Positions 28,363 to 38,895 of a DNA stretch of 52,574 bases are shown here, piece by piece. The position numbers were made by a program, and so were the translations under genes. The DNA comes from Leptospira sp. (lineage in GTDB: Bacteria; Spirochaetota; Leptospiria; Leptospirales; Leptospiraceae). The stretch's first letter is position 1, and each line of letters opens with the position of its first letter. The notes beneath the pieces were generated by a model, which worked only from the letters and a program-made list of their open reading frames with translations, searched no databases and had not been told where the DNA came from. The DNA lies in assembly GCA_034439575.1 (NCBI GenBank), contig JAWXAQ010000010.1, positions 1 through 52,574 on the forward strand, given 5' to 3'.

Positions 28363-29778
28363 ATGTCTACATTAGAACCAAGTATTACTCCTTCCACATC
28401 CTTATGGCAAGCTTTGAAAGATGCTATCAGAGGAACAGAATCTGATTATACAGATATCAAATTAGAACGAGCTATTTTTCTTCTAGCCGTACCTATGATA
28501 TTAGAACTCGTGATGGAATCCTTGTTTGCTGTTGCAGATATTTATTTTGTAGGTGGACTTGGTTCTTCCGCAGTCGCCGCCGTAGGCTTGACCGAAACAT
28601 ACTTGTTTTTGTTATATTCCATAGCGATGGGCATTTCCGTGGCTGTGACTGCTACAGTTGCAAGGCGCATTGGAGAAAATCAAAAAGAAAAAGCAGCCGA
28701 AGCAGCCGTTCAATCTATTTTCATTTCCTTTATCGCATCACTTCCATTTGCATTAGGTGGGATATATTTTGCGAAAGAATTACTTATACTCATGGGAGCT
28801 GATGTTTGGACCATTGAAAATGGAGCCATTTACACGCAAATTATGTTAGGTGGCAATATAGTCATTGTATTATTATTTATGTTAAATGCTGTTTTTCGTG
28901 GAGTGGGAGATGCCGCGATTGCCATGCGTGTTTTGTGGTTATCAAATGGTTTGAATTTAATTTTAGATCCTTTACTTATTTATGGATACGGACCTATACC
29001 CGCTTACGGGATCGCAGGTGCAGCTATCGCTACAAATATGGGAAGAGGTATAGGAGTAATGTATCAGCTTTGGATTTTATTCCAAGGCAGCAAACATCTC
29101 AAAATTTTAAGAAGCCATTTGGTTATCAATTTTGAATTAATAAAATCTATACTCGCAACTTCGATAGGTGGCATTAGCCAAATGATAGTTGCTATGACAT
29201 CTTGGATTTTTATCATGCGAATCCTTGCAGAATTTGGCAGTGAAGCCGTTGCAGGTGCGACGATCGCATTACGTATCATGATGTTTACTTTGATGCCTGC
29301 TTGGGGGATGTCAAATGCAGTAGCTACCTTAGTCGGACAAAATTTAGGAGCAGGAAAGCCTGATCGAGCTGAAAAGTCTGTATGGGTAACTGGTTTTTGG
29401 AATATGGGGTTTTTGGTTTGTGTTTCTATAGTTTATTTTATATTTAGCAAGGATTTGGTGGGCATTTTTACAACAGATCCACTCGTGATAGAAATCGGTG
29501 CCAAATGGTTGACGATTGTATCTTATTCATATTTCGTTTACGGTTGGTGGATGGTGGCAAGCCAAGCATTCAATGGATCAGGAGATACCATTACACCTAC
29601 AAAGATTAATATAGTATTCTTTTGGTTAATCGAAATTCCATTATCTTATTATTTAGGTAAAACGTTAAATTTTGGACATACCGGTGTTTTTTGGGCATTG
29701 ATGATTGCTGAAACATCGGTAGGACTTTTTACTTTATGGCTTTTTACGCGCGGAAAATGGAAAGAAGCTAAAATTTAA
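28363..29778 (+). CDS. MATE-family efflux transporter
   Basis: 12-TM protein with LAVPMILE, D..FVGGLG, VFRGVGD, LNLILDPLLIYG, GAAIAT, LVGQNLGAG. Confidence 0.93.
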   Translation: MSTLEPSITPSTSLWQALKDAIRGTESDYTDIKLERAIFLLAVPMILELVMESLFAVADIYFVGGLGSSAVAAVGLTETYLFLLYSIAMGISVAVTATVARRIGENQKEKAAEAAVQSIFISFIASLPFALGGIYFAKELLILMGADVWTIENGAIYTQIMLGGNIVIVLLFMLNAVFRGVGDAAIAMRVLWLSNGLNLILDPLLIYGYGPIPAYGIAGAAIATNMGRGIGVMYQLWILFQGSKHLKILRSHLVINFELIKSILATSIGGISQMIVAMTSWIFIMRILAEFGSEAVAGATIALRIMMFTLMPAWGMSNAVATLVGQNLGAGKPDRAEKSVWVTGFWNMGFLVCVSIVYFIFSKDLVGIFTTDPLVIEIGAKWLTIVSYSYFVYGWWMVASQAFNGSGDTITPTKINIVFFWLIEIPLSYYLGKTLNFGHTGVFWALMIAETSVGLFTLWLFTRGKWKEAKI

Positions 29779-29837
29779 ATTAAGTATTTTCCCCCATAAA
29801 AATATAGAAAAGAATCTCTTTAAATAAATTTTTAAAT

Positions 29838-29869
29838 ATCAATACATTCGAATACACGAATGTATTGAT
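29838..29869 (+). terminator. Perfect 13-bp hairpin downstream of the MATE gene (possible terminator)
   Basis: ATCAATACATTCG-AATACA-CGAATGTATTGAT, with a T-tract about 10 nt later. Confidence 0.5.
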
Positions 29870-30074
29870 CTAGTATCCTTTTTTTTTATTTTCTGATTTT
29901 ATTATAAACCAATCGTTACAAATAGTTTTTCGAACTAATTCGGGAAAATTATTTTAAATTTCTTGACCAAATTTCACAAAGTGATCTCATCTCGGTCTAC
30001 CTAAATGAACATTCATTTGGTAATGATTGAGCATATTTAAATTTGCTTATATCTTATATTGTTAATTATAAATT

Positions 30075-32621
30075 ATGAAAAAATTATTTAGTACATTCCA
30101 AAAGATAAAAATTCGTACCAAGATGATTTTAATCGTTACAGGCGTTGTATTCCTTTGTGTAGGCCCTTTGTCTCTCATCATATTATACCGAAATCAAGCG
30201 GTCTTACTAGACAAAACATTCGAAGTCTGTCTGAATCTTGGTGATAATATTTCAAATCTGGCAACGGAAGAACTTCTCATCAATGAAACATTTGATGCCA
30301 CTAGTACTGCCTTAGCGAGATTAAAAAGTTCACAGTTGTCGGGGCTTCTGGATGCCTATGTAGTGAATATTGATGGACGTTTTGTTGCAGAGATCAATGA
30401 AAAGTATCTTGGGAAGGAAGTTCCCGAAGCTGATCTTAAATATTACTTTAGTCTGCAAAAATTAGAGTTTCGAGAAATCGATTCTTCTAATGGACCTATA
30501 TTACGTTTCACCTATCCGATTTTCATCCAACATAGGGATGATAGAATTCGTGTGGGTGCCGCCATTTTTGAATTTGATAAAGGCGAAGTCTATGCACCTA
30601 TCGTTCAAACAAGAACGACAATCATTGTTGGAGCAAGTATACTTTTTATAATTGGAATCATCATTGCCGTATACAGTGCGATATTTTTCTCAAGGCCTAT
30701 TCAGCAACTAACAGAAGGTGCGAAACTCATCGGCTCTGGAAATTTAGAACATAGAATCAATCTCCAAAATCAAGATGAAATTGGTGAACTGGCAAATACT
30801 TTCAATCGAATGACTTCGCAAATTCAGGATTTCACACAGAATCTTGAAAGTAAAGTAGAACAACGCACAGACGAACTGAACCAAAGTTTGAAAATCGTCC
30901 AAGATTTAAAAGAAAGGCAAGATGGCGATTATTATCTAACTTCTTTATTATTACAACCACTACAACCAAATAACAATTATGCGAAATATGTGAAAACAGA
31001 ATTTTTAATAGATCAAAAAAAGAAATTTAGTTTTAGAAAATGGAAATCTGAAATTGGAGGTGATATCTGTATTACAGATACGATCACCTTACAAGATCAA
31101 GAATATACGGTTTTTATTAATGGCGATGCTATGGGAAAATCGATTCAAGGAGCTGGTGGGGCACTCGTTCTTGGTGTGGTATTTAACGCTGGTTTAATGA
31201 GAACTAGGATATCAAAAAATCAAAAAGTTTATCCAGAGGTTTGGCTGAAGGAAAGATTTTTGGATTTGCAAAACGTATTTAGATCCTTTGAAGGGTCAAT
31301 GTTCATTTCAATTTGTATGGGTCTTATCGAAACGAATACGGGAGTGATGTATTATATTAATGCGGAACATCCTTGGACTGTATTATTTCGGGATGGCAAA
31401 GCATCTTTTTTAGAAGAAGAATTAACCATTCGTAAATTAGGAACTCCAGATATCGAAGAGAAATTTTTTGTTAGGTTATTTCAATTGATGCCAGAAGATA
31501 TTGTGATTACAGGTTCTGATGGGCGTGATGATTTTGCCCAAGAAGAAGATGATCCGAATCATGAAACTATCAACACAGATGAGAGACAATTTTTATATCG
31601 AGTCGAGGAAGCTTTTGGGGATCTAGAAAAAATTTCTGAAGGTATAAAATCCAAAGGAGTATTAATTGATGATTTGTCTCTCTTGAAAATATCCTACGAT
31701 CCTGATACATCGCATTCAAAATATTTACCACTTCCAGATCTACCTTCGCAATTTCGTGAAACAGAAAAAGTCATCGCTGATGGAACTGTAGACGAAACGA
31801 TTCTATCGATAGAACTTCTATTAAAAGAAAATCCCAATTTTTCTGACCTTCTCAAATCTTTGGGAAGACTTTACTTTGAAGCTAAAGACTATACAAGGGC
31901 TGTCGAATGTTTAACACAGTTTAGTTTTATCGATCCGACACACAATGAATCAATTTATTATCTTTCCTTAGCTTACAAAAAATTAAATCTCTTAAATGAT
32001 GCGGCAGATGTTGGCGAAAGATTATATTTACGTGACCAATTGGATTACAAAAATCTCTTAAGCCTTGCGGAAATCCACTTTGAACTAGGAATTTATAAAC
32101 GAGCAGAGTTTTTAACAGAGAAAGCTTTGGAAATAAAATCGGATGATCCGATTGCCTTGGAATTATTCCATAAAATTGAATCAATGAAAACCGGACTGAC
32201 ACCTATTGAAATAACTCGAACAGAAAAAGGCATTAATGAATCGCGAACAATTAAATCAATGATTGAAAGTGCGGATCGTTATTACCAAGAAAAAAATTAT
32301 ATAAAAGCTTTGGAAGAATACCAATCGGCTCTCACAATTTCAAAAGATAATCCTATACTTCATTTTCGCACTGCAAATTGTCTTGCATTATTGGATCGAT
32401 TGGATGAATCTATTAACTCGTATCATGCGACTTTGGCAATTGTTCCGAAAAATCATCATGCTCGAAACAATTTAGGAAGTATTTATTACCGAACGCAAAA
32501 GTATCCAGAAGCGAGAAGAGAATGGGAGATTGCCTTAGAAATAAAACCTGATTTTAAAATTGCGAGAATGAATCTAGATAAATTGGATTCAATGATACAT
32601 CAAAATTTGGTTCAGGCCTAA
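30075..32621 (+). CDS. Membrane sensor phosphatase: TM-periplasmic domain-TM-HAMP-SpoIIE/PP2C-TPR
   Basis: Two TM helices around ~140 aa; HAMP (RPIQQL...DEIGELANTFNRM); GGDIC, NGDAMGKS, GSDGRDD, DDLSLL; multiple TPRs. Confidence 0.9.
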   Translation: MKKLFSTFQKIKIRTKMILIVTGVVFLCVGPLSLIILYRNQAVLLDKTFEVCLNLGDNISNLATEELLINETFDATSTALARLKSSQLSGLLDAYVVNIDGRFVAEINEKYLGKEVPEADLKYYFSLQKLEFREIDSSNGPILRFTYPIFIQHRDDRIRVGAAIFEFDKGEVYAPIVQTRTTIIVGASILFIIGIIIAVYSAIFFSRPIQQLTEGAKLIGSGNLEHRINLQNQDEIGELANTFNRMTSQIQDFTQNLESKVEQRTDELNQSLKIVQDLKERQDGDYYLTSLLLQPLQPNNNYAKYVKTEFLIDQKKKFSFRKWKSEIGGDICITDTITLQDQEYTVFINGDAMGKSIQGAGGALVLGVVFNAGLMRTRISKNQKVYPEVWLKERFLDLQNVFRSFEGSMFISICMGLIETNTGVMYYINAEHPWTVLFRDGKASFLEEELTIRKLGTPDIEEKFFVRLFQLMPEDIVITGSDGRDDFAQEEDDPNHETINTDERQFLYRVEEAFGDLEKISEGIKSKGVLIDDLSLLKISYDPDTSHSKYLPLPDLPSQFRETEKVIADGTVDETILSIELLLKENPNFSDLLKSLGRLYFEAKDYTRAVECLTQFSFIDPTHNESIYYLSLAYKKLNLLNDAADVGERLYLRDQLDYKNLLSLAEIHFELGIYKRAEFLTEKALEIKSDDPIALELFHKIESMKTGLTPIEITRTEKGINESRTIKSMIESADRYYQEKNYIKALEEYQSALTISKDNPILHFRTANCLALLDRLDESINSYHATLAIVPKNHHARNNLGSIYYRTQKYPEARREWEIALEIKPDFKIARMNLDKLDSMIHQNLVQA

Positions 32622-32624
32622 AAG

Positions 32625-34208
32625 ATGAAGTTGAATCATAAGTTATATTCCCTAACTTTTATCATTTTTATAGCTGCAATATACTTCTCGCTAAGCCATA
32701 TATCGGCAGATTCAAAACATTTAAAAAACTTTGGTTCCATAGAAATTTTGTTATCATTAGATAATAACATATACGAACAAGGGTTATTTGGTATTCAGTC
32801 GAGTATTGAATCAGAATACCGAGTTTCCTATCTGAATATATTGAATGAAGAACAAGGTGATCTTGGAAAATATTTTAGAGAATTAGAGTCCTCTAATGTG
32901 CCACTATTAATTGCTGTAGGTCCTACGGCCGCAAAAGTTGCTAAAGAAAATCTGATCAATGTCCCGATTGTATTTGCCATGGTAAATTCTCCAAAGTCAC
33001 TTGGCCTCGAATCAGGTCGCCTATGTGGAGTTAGCATGGATGTTGCTATACAAGATTTTTTTCGTACTTTGAAAGAAATAAATCCAGAGGCACGTAATGT
33101 TTATTCAGTTTATTCTACAGAGGAAGGAGCCTTTTCTGCAGTGGAAGGGGAGTACCAAGATTTAACAAATAAATTGCTTTATTATGCGAAAAAAACACCA
33201 ACATCTTCTGATTTTTCAAAATTCTTAGATTCGTTATCAGATCAGGATGTTGATGGATTCTATATGGTGAGTGATCCCATATACGATAGAAAGAATTTTG
33301 AATTGCTCTCTTCCTTTTGTAAAAAGAACGGAATTGTACTTATGACACAATTCCCATCGCTTGTAAAAACAGGAGCCACTTTTGGTATTAACCCTGATTA
33401 TACGAAGATTGGTGTGTTGGCTGGATCTATGGCAAATAGAATTTTATCTGGCTCATCCAATTGCAAAAAGGAAGGGGTCATTTATTCTGATCAAACTTCA
33501 TTTTACTTAAATGAAACTTATTCCGAAGAGTCTGGTTTAAAATTACCAGCATCAATCATTGAAAGGGCAAGGTTGACGGGTTTACTTTCTGCTGGGGTGA
33601 ATTTGTTAAATGATGATAAGCTTAAAGCTGCCAGATCCGTTTTTGAATCTATATTAAAAAAGGATTCAAAAAATCCATCTGCCCTATCCTATCTAAATTT
33701 GATAATAGAAAAAATGACCGGCACGAAAACCAAAGAACTTATGACTTTGGCAAAAAAATATTTTGATGAAGGCAAATATTCGCAAGCAAGAATTGAATAT
33801 CAAAAAGTTCTTCAAATTAATCCTAACATAACAGCCGCAAGGGAAGGCATACAATCTACACTACTCACTCAAAGTGAACAAGAACGGGCCCAAGCAAATT
33901 CTCATTTTCGCAATAACCGTCCATACGATGCGATTAAAATGGCCCTAGCATCCATACGCACTTTACCTTCTAATTCAAAAGCAGTTTCTGACCTTTCTTT
34001 GTTTAGGAGTAATCAATATTCTAAAATTCCAGAATACTTTAAGGAAGGAGTTTCGATTTATAACAAAAGAGAATATGAAGAATCCATCAAAATTTTCGAA
34101 GATATATTGTTAGTGGATCCAAGTGATAAAAAAGCGATAGAATACTTACGTCTTTCTTATAAAAAAAGAGATGCTCTTCGCGTTATGAAAGAGAAGTCAA
34201 GGAATTAG
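32625..34208 (+). CDS. Periplasmic ABC_sub_bind-like binding protein with C-terminal TPRs
   Basis: Signal-like N-terminus; LLIAVGPTAA, VPIVFAMV, GVSM, GATFGINPDYTKIG...MANRILSG, YLN; followed by TPR repeats. Confidence 0.8.
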   Translation: MKLNHKLYSLTFIIFIAAIYFSLSHISADSKHLKNFGSIEILLSLDNNIYEQGLFGIQSSIESEYRVSYLNILNEEQGDLGKYFRELESSNVPLLIAVGPTAAKVAKENLINVPIVFAMVNSPKSLGLESGRLCGVSMDVAIQDFFRTLKEINPEARNVYSVYSTEEGAFSAVEGEYQDLTNKLLYYAKKTPTSSDFSKFLDSLSDQDVDGFYMVSDPIYDRKNFELLSSFCKKNGIVLMTQFPSLVKTGATFGINPDYTKIGVLAGSMANRILSGSSNCKKEGVIYSDQTSFYLNETYSEESGLKLPASIIERARLTGLLSAGVNLLNDDKLKAARSVFESILKKDSKNPSALSYLNLIIEKMTGTKTKELMTLAKKYFDEGKYSQARIEYQKVLQINPNITAAREGIQSTLLTQSEQERAQANSHFRNNRPYDAIKMALASIRTLPSNSKAVSDLSLFRSNQYSKIPEYFKEGVSIYNKREYEESIKIFEDILLVDPSDKKAIEYLRLSYKKRDALRVMKEKSRN

Positions 34209-34209
34209 C

Positions 34210-37092
34210 ATGAATACCAAAAAGATTCTAATTATAGAAATAATTCTGATTTTATTTTATACATCTATTTTTTCTCAGGACACAAAAGTTGAGGAGTCGT
34301 CGAAGTTGGTTTTGATTTCTGAATTTTCCTCATTAAATTCAAACAATGGAAATACTAAAATTGATAACCAAATTTATGAAAATATTAGTTCTGAATTAAA
34401 TTCTAAAAAGTTATTGTCTGCTAAAAGTGATGGTTCAAATCTTTCTTCTCGTTTATCAAATGCTAAAGAAAAGAACGCTCTCTTTTTAATCGAAGGCTAT
34501 TATGAAAAACAATCTGACTCTTCGATCCTAAATATTTATGCACAAGTATATGATCCAAATACTGGATTTGTGATCGATGCTTTTAATCAAACGGATGAAA
34601 TTTTTCAATCCAAAGAGTTAAATATTAGCACCGCTGATTTAGCAGAGCCGGACTCGGTGCGCATACAAAAGTTTTCAAAAAAAATAGCTCAGTTATTGCG
34701 TTCAAATACACGTAAAAAAGAAAACCGAGAAAATATCGAACAATACATTCTCAATTCAAAGATCAATTCATCTCAACAATTTTCTATTACATCGGATGAG
34801 AAAGCATCCGAAGAAGCGAATACGCAAGTTTTTGACTTACTTGCTAACCAAGTAACAACCTCAGCAACTAAAATCGCTAGAAAGACAAACGAAGCACCTA
34901 ACATAGTGTCGGTTATTTCTGATAAGGAAATTAAGGATTACGGAAGAGTTAGTTTGAACGATATTTTATACCAGCTTCCAGGCTTTTCACCATCGATGGA
35001 CTACGATAGAAGGACAGTATCTTCAAGAGGAATTTTCGAAGGTTGGAATAATAACCATCTAATGTTACTTATGGATGGGGTACAGTTCAATGATAACTTA
35101 TACGGTTCCGCATACACCTCTGAAATTACGCCTGTTAGTTTAATTAAATCTCTGGAAGTAATTCGAGGGCCAGGGTCTGCATTGTATGGATCAAATGCCA
35201 CAAATGGTGTAATCAATATAAATACGTATTCTGGAAATGACTTAAAAGGCGAGATTCGAACAAGAGTTAGAGTTGGAGACAAAGGAACCCGAATTTATGA
35301 TTTTACAACTGGGAATACCGGACAACTTTTTTCCCATGTGATGACTTATAACAATTATTCTACGAATGGAAATAATTACAAAAGTCATGATGGTTCAGGA
35401 AGAGTTGATGAATTTGGTTACTTAAATAAATACACCACGAATGATGCTCGGGGCAATGACTATGTATTTCTAAGGTTAGATGGCGAAGGTGCTTTGAAAG
35501 GACTATCTGTTCAATATCATAGACAAAATTGGAATTTTCAGACGGGGCATGGCTGGTTATGGCGTATTCCTGATGTCAAAGAAAATATGTCTGAGTCCAG
35601 ACAAATGGTTTCTCTTAAGTATACAAGTAAGATCACTGAAAAATTTTCACAAGAGTATGTCCTTCGTTACCAAGAGCATAATATAAATTGGAATATGCGT
35701 TTCGCTGAAAATGGTGCCTATGATGGATTTTATCCAGCGGGAATGACAGAATATTTGAAAACTGGTGCTAAAGATATTTTATCTAGAGCACAATGGACAT
35801 ATATTTTACCAAATAACGGCAGTATATTGGGAGGGGTTGAAGGAACACTCTTTAAATACAATGGAGATAAGGAACATTATAGCAATATAAATGTTAACAA
35901 TTCCACAGACGGGTATCCTTCTTTTAGTCCTGATAATGGACAACGGAAGTTAGGTCCATGGCTCGAATGGATCAAAGACAAACCCATTCAAAAAGGTGCC
36001 GCATTTGCGCAGATTACATCAGGAAAAGTTTTTCGAAGACTAGTAGAATTTACACTTGGTATGCGGTATGATGAAACAGTTATTCATTATCGCGGTATTG
36101 ACCAACCGAACCAAGAGACAATAGGAAATCCGGCAAGTTATTTTGTAAATCCAGACGATCCAAATAATTCTTCAAATACACCTTACATAAATGAGGTGCT
36201 TGGGCCTCCATTCATTACAAACGAAAAAAGGATTTTTAGAAAAACGAATCCTAGGTTAGGAGTCGTATTTTTTCCAGCATCCAATTTAACGATTAAAGCT
36301 ATGGCAGGTACTGCATACCGAGAACCTTCAGTGACTGAATTATTTGGTGCCAATACATTCTCTTTGGCTTCCAATCCTAGAAAATTAAAACCAGAGTTTA
36401 TACGAACCTCAGAGCTTGCTATCGATTGGTTGGCATTTAAGTATTTAAATTTAAGAGCGAATTATTTTTTAACAAGGTTTGAGAATCAAATTGCGTATAG
36501 TGTCGCCAATAACAATTTAAGTACAAACATTTATACTGTAGTTAATGATGGTGCTGAGATTGAAGCATTATCATCGTATAAAATAATTTCTGGATTTGTA
36601 AATTTCTCAGTCGTTAGACGACGAAATGAGCATATCCAAGATACAACAGTATCAAGAGAACGAAATAAAGTTAGCTGGGTACCTGCTCAAACTGCAAATG
36701 CAGGTATCAATATAAAATGGGAGAAAATATTCTCATCTCTGGCTGTGCATTACCAAGGTGCTGTTCGTAGACGTGCTAGTGATTTGGGATCTATCGATCC
36801 TGTCACAGGTTACGGTCCCCTAGATCCAAGTACATTTGTGAAAGAAGATTTTTCGACTTACCAACCCTATATTTATGGCTCGCAATACCCTGTGAATCGA
36901 CCAAGAGAAGTCCCGAGCTGGATCAATGTAAATTTTCGTGTGGGATATCAAATCATGGAAAATATGAATATGGCTTTTTTTGTCACAAATTTATTAAATC
37001 ATTACCAACCTTTGATCAAAAATAATTTGTACCCTTTTGATTATATCAATGAAGGTCGAAGGTATATGTTTGATTTTTCAGCAAATTTTTAA
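34210..37092 (+). CDS. TonB-dependent outer-membrane receptor with ~190-aa N-terminal extension
   Basis: Signal peptide; plug motifs SATK...EAPNIVSVIS and LEVIRGPGSALYGSNATNGVINI; AYREPS, LKPE, NLLN; C-terminal FSANF. Confidence 0.92.
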   Translation: MNTKKILIIEIILILFYTSIFSQDTKVEESSKLVLISEFSSLNSNNGNTKIDNQIYENISSELNSKKLLSAKSDGSNLSSRLSNAKEKNALFLIEGYYEKQSDSSILNIYAQVYDPNTGFVIDAFNQTDEIFQSKELNISTADLAEPDSVRIQKFSKKIAQLLRSNTRKKENRENIEQYILNSKINSSQQFSITSDEKASEEANTQVFDLLANQVTTSATKIARKTNEAPNIVSVISDKEIKDYGRVSLNDILYQLPGFSPSMDYDRRTVSSRGIFEGWNNNHLMLLMDGVQFNDNLYGSAYTSEITPVSLIKSLEVIRGPGSALYGSNATNGVININTYSGNDLKGEIRTRVRVGDKGTRIYDFTTGNTGQLFSHVMTYNNYSTNGNNYKSHDGSGRVDEFGYLNKYTTNDARGNDYVFLRLDGEGALKGLSVQYHRQNWNFQTGHGWLWRIPDVKENMSESRQMVSLKYTSKITEKFSQEYVLRYQEHNINWNMRFAENGAYDGFYPAGMTEYLKTGAKDILSRAQWTYILPNNGSILGGVEGTLFKYNGDKEHYSNINVNNSTDGYPSFSPDNGQRKLGPWLEWIKDKPIQKGAAFAQITSGKVFRRLVEFTLGMRYDETVIHYRGIDQPNQETIGNPASYFVNPDDPNNSSNTPYINEVLGPPFITNEKRIFRKTNPRLGVVFFPASNLTIKAMAGTAYREPSVTELFGANTFSLASNPRKLKPEFIRTSELAIDWLAFKYLNLRANYFLTRFENQIAYSVANNNLSTNIYTVVNDGAEIEALSSYKIISGFVNFSVVRRRNEHIQDTTVSRERNKVSWVPAQTANAGINIKWEKIFSSLAVHYQGAVRRRASDLGSIDPVTGYGPLDPSTFVKEDFSTYQPYIYGSQYPVNRPREVPSWINVNFRVGYQIMENMNMAFFVTNLLNHYQPLIKNNLYPFDYINEGRRYMFDFSANF

Positions 37093-37098
37093 AAGAAT

Positions 37099-37509
37099 CT
37101 AAAACCATTTTTTATATTCAATAATTAAACAACGATTAGATATCACTTTTATGCCTGCCGCTTCTGCTCGTTTCTCCGCTTCTGGGTGAGTGATACCAAG
37201 TTGTAGCCAAAGAACTTCCACACCACCGAGTGCGAGAATCTCATCTACGATTTCAGGGATTTTTTCGGAACTACGAAAGACATCCACAAACTTTCGTTTT
37301 TCGGCAGGTACATCTTTCAGATTTTCATAAATTTTAAAGCCATTGACATCGTGAGATTTTGGGTAGGTACCGACAATTTCCCAGCCTTGTTCTCTCATAT
37401 AGAGTGGAACGTAATGGCTAGGTTTTTGTGGTGAATCACTTAATCCATATACTGAGAATATCTTATATTTCAATAAGATATCTTTTATGTCTTTATCATC
37501 AACATTCAT
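37099..37509 (-). CDS. CoA-binding protein (YccU-like)
   Basis: GLSDSP.KPS, VDVFR, WLQLGI, AGIKVISNRC. Confidence 0.88.
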   Translation of the reverse strand: MNVDDKDIKDILLKYKIFSVYGLSDSPQKPSHYVPLYMREQGWEIVGTYPKSHDVNGFKIYENLKDVPAEKRKFVDVFRSSEKIPEIVDEILALGGVEVLWLQLGITHPEAEKRAEAAGIKVISNRCLIIEYKKWF

Positions 37510-37515
37510 AAAATT

Positions 37516-38793
37516 TTACTCTTTGATTGATTTTTGAAGGAATGGTAAAATTGCCTCGGCGGCTACTTTATTTCCATTTTGATTCCAATGAATATCATAC
37601 TCCCAAACTAGTTTTTTAGAAGCATTTTTTCTAAAATGATCTGTCATGGAAAAGAAGGGGATATCGTTTGAAGAAGAGAATTCTTCGAGAGCAATTTCTA
37701 ATTGGCTTTTAGAAGTGAGCCAAGATTTATCTACCACATAACCTAGTCGATCACCTAATTCTAATTTTAAGGTGTCGTATTGAAATTCACTCGGGATGTA
37801 AGTTAAAATTAATTTTTGATTATTCTTATCGGTTTCTGATTTCAGAGATTTTATCGATTCGGTCAAAAGGTCAAATTTTTCTTCTGCATTTCCATTTAGG
37901 TTCAAACTTTGTTGGAAGTAAGTAGGTTCGTATAAGCCGAGTAATACATGTATGGCGCTAAATCGTCCAAGGGAGGCTTCGAGCAAAATAGTAGGGCCGA
38001 CTTTTTCTTTCCAAAAATTGAATGTCATAGGTGTTATCCCAATGAGTTGACTGAACATTTGGGTTGTTGTCAAAAAATCATTTAGCTTAGTTTCAATTTC
38101 CTTTTTTGAAAGTTTAATTTTTTGTAAGGATGGATTTTTTGCTTTATCATATTTTTCACTCAAGCGAACTGTGCTACCGCTATCTGCCTGCATATTGATA
38201 AATGAAGATTTGATATAATACCTTACCAAATGGTTTACTGTTTTTGGGAATACCAACTGAATCGCACTTAACCATTTCTTTTTGTTAAATAATACCTCTC
38301 TCGTGCGAACCGTTATAAAATCATCGCCTGATTCATAGATGTCATTCGTATAAAGATTTAAAACAACATAGTCTGGTTTGATATGTGGATTTAAATCTTT
38401 GTATAATGCTAATGATTCTCTGGGGCAAGTTCCTATCACACCTGCATTGATGACTTCAAATTTTAAATTTGATTCTTTCAATTTGGAAGATAGAAGTTCA
38501 GTCATTCTTTCTTCCTTTTCTACACCGACTCCATATACAAAAGAATCTCCTAAAAATAGAATTCTTTTGTTTTTCTTTTCGCCTAACTCGTCGTTGCGGA
38601 TACCAAGTGAATTTGTTTCAGAAAGATAAACGAAATCTGAGGTGATGGAAATGAATTCAGAGTTAGGTGGATACTTTTTGACACCTTCGTTTGGATTTTT
38701 GTTTAATATGGCAAAGGTTAGGTAATCTAATAAACGAAACGTACCCAATAAAAAAATGATGATAAGTAAATAATAGAATATTTTTTTCTTCAT
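37516..38793 (-). CDS. Membrane-anchored SGNH/GDSL hydrolase (AlgX/AlgJ-like)
   Basis: N-terminal TM, LFLGDSFVYG, NAGV.G, NDI, DIHWNQNGN. Confidence 0.82.
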   Translation of the reverse strand: MKKKIFYYLLIIIFLLGTFRLLDYLTFAILNKNPNEGVKKYPPNSEFISITSDFVYLSETNSLGIRNDELGEKKNKRILFLGDSFVYGVGVEKEERMTELLSSKLKESNLKFEVINAGVIGTCPRESLALYKDLNPHIKPDYVVLNLYTNDIYESGDDFITVRTREVLFNKKKWLSAIQLVFPKTVNHLVRYYIKSSFINMQADSGSTVRLSEKYDKAKNPSLQKIKLSKKEIETKLNDFLTTTQMFSQLIGITPMTFNFWKEKVGPTILLEASLGRFSAIHVLLGLYEPTYFQQSLNLNGNAEEKFDLLTESIKSLKSETDKNNQKLILTYIPSEFQYDTLKLELGDRLGYVVDKSWLTSKSQLEIALEEFSSSNDIPFFSMTDHFRKNASKKLVWEYDIHWNQNGNKVAAEAILPFLQKSIKE

Positions 38794-38895
38794 AGTGCCG
38801 TGATAAGACTCCTAAATTTCACAGATAATAAATCCAAGCTGTAAACTTTGTACGCAATGTAAATTGTTAAATAATGATTTGTAAGTCATTTGAAT

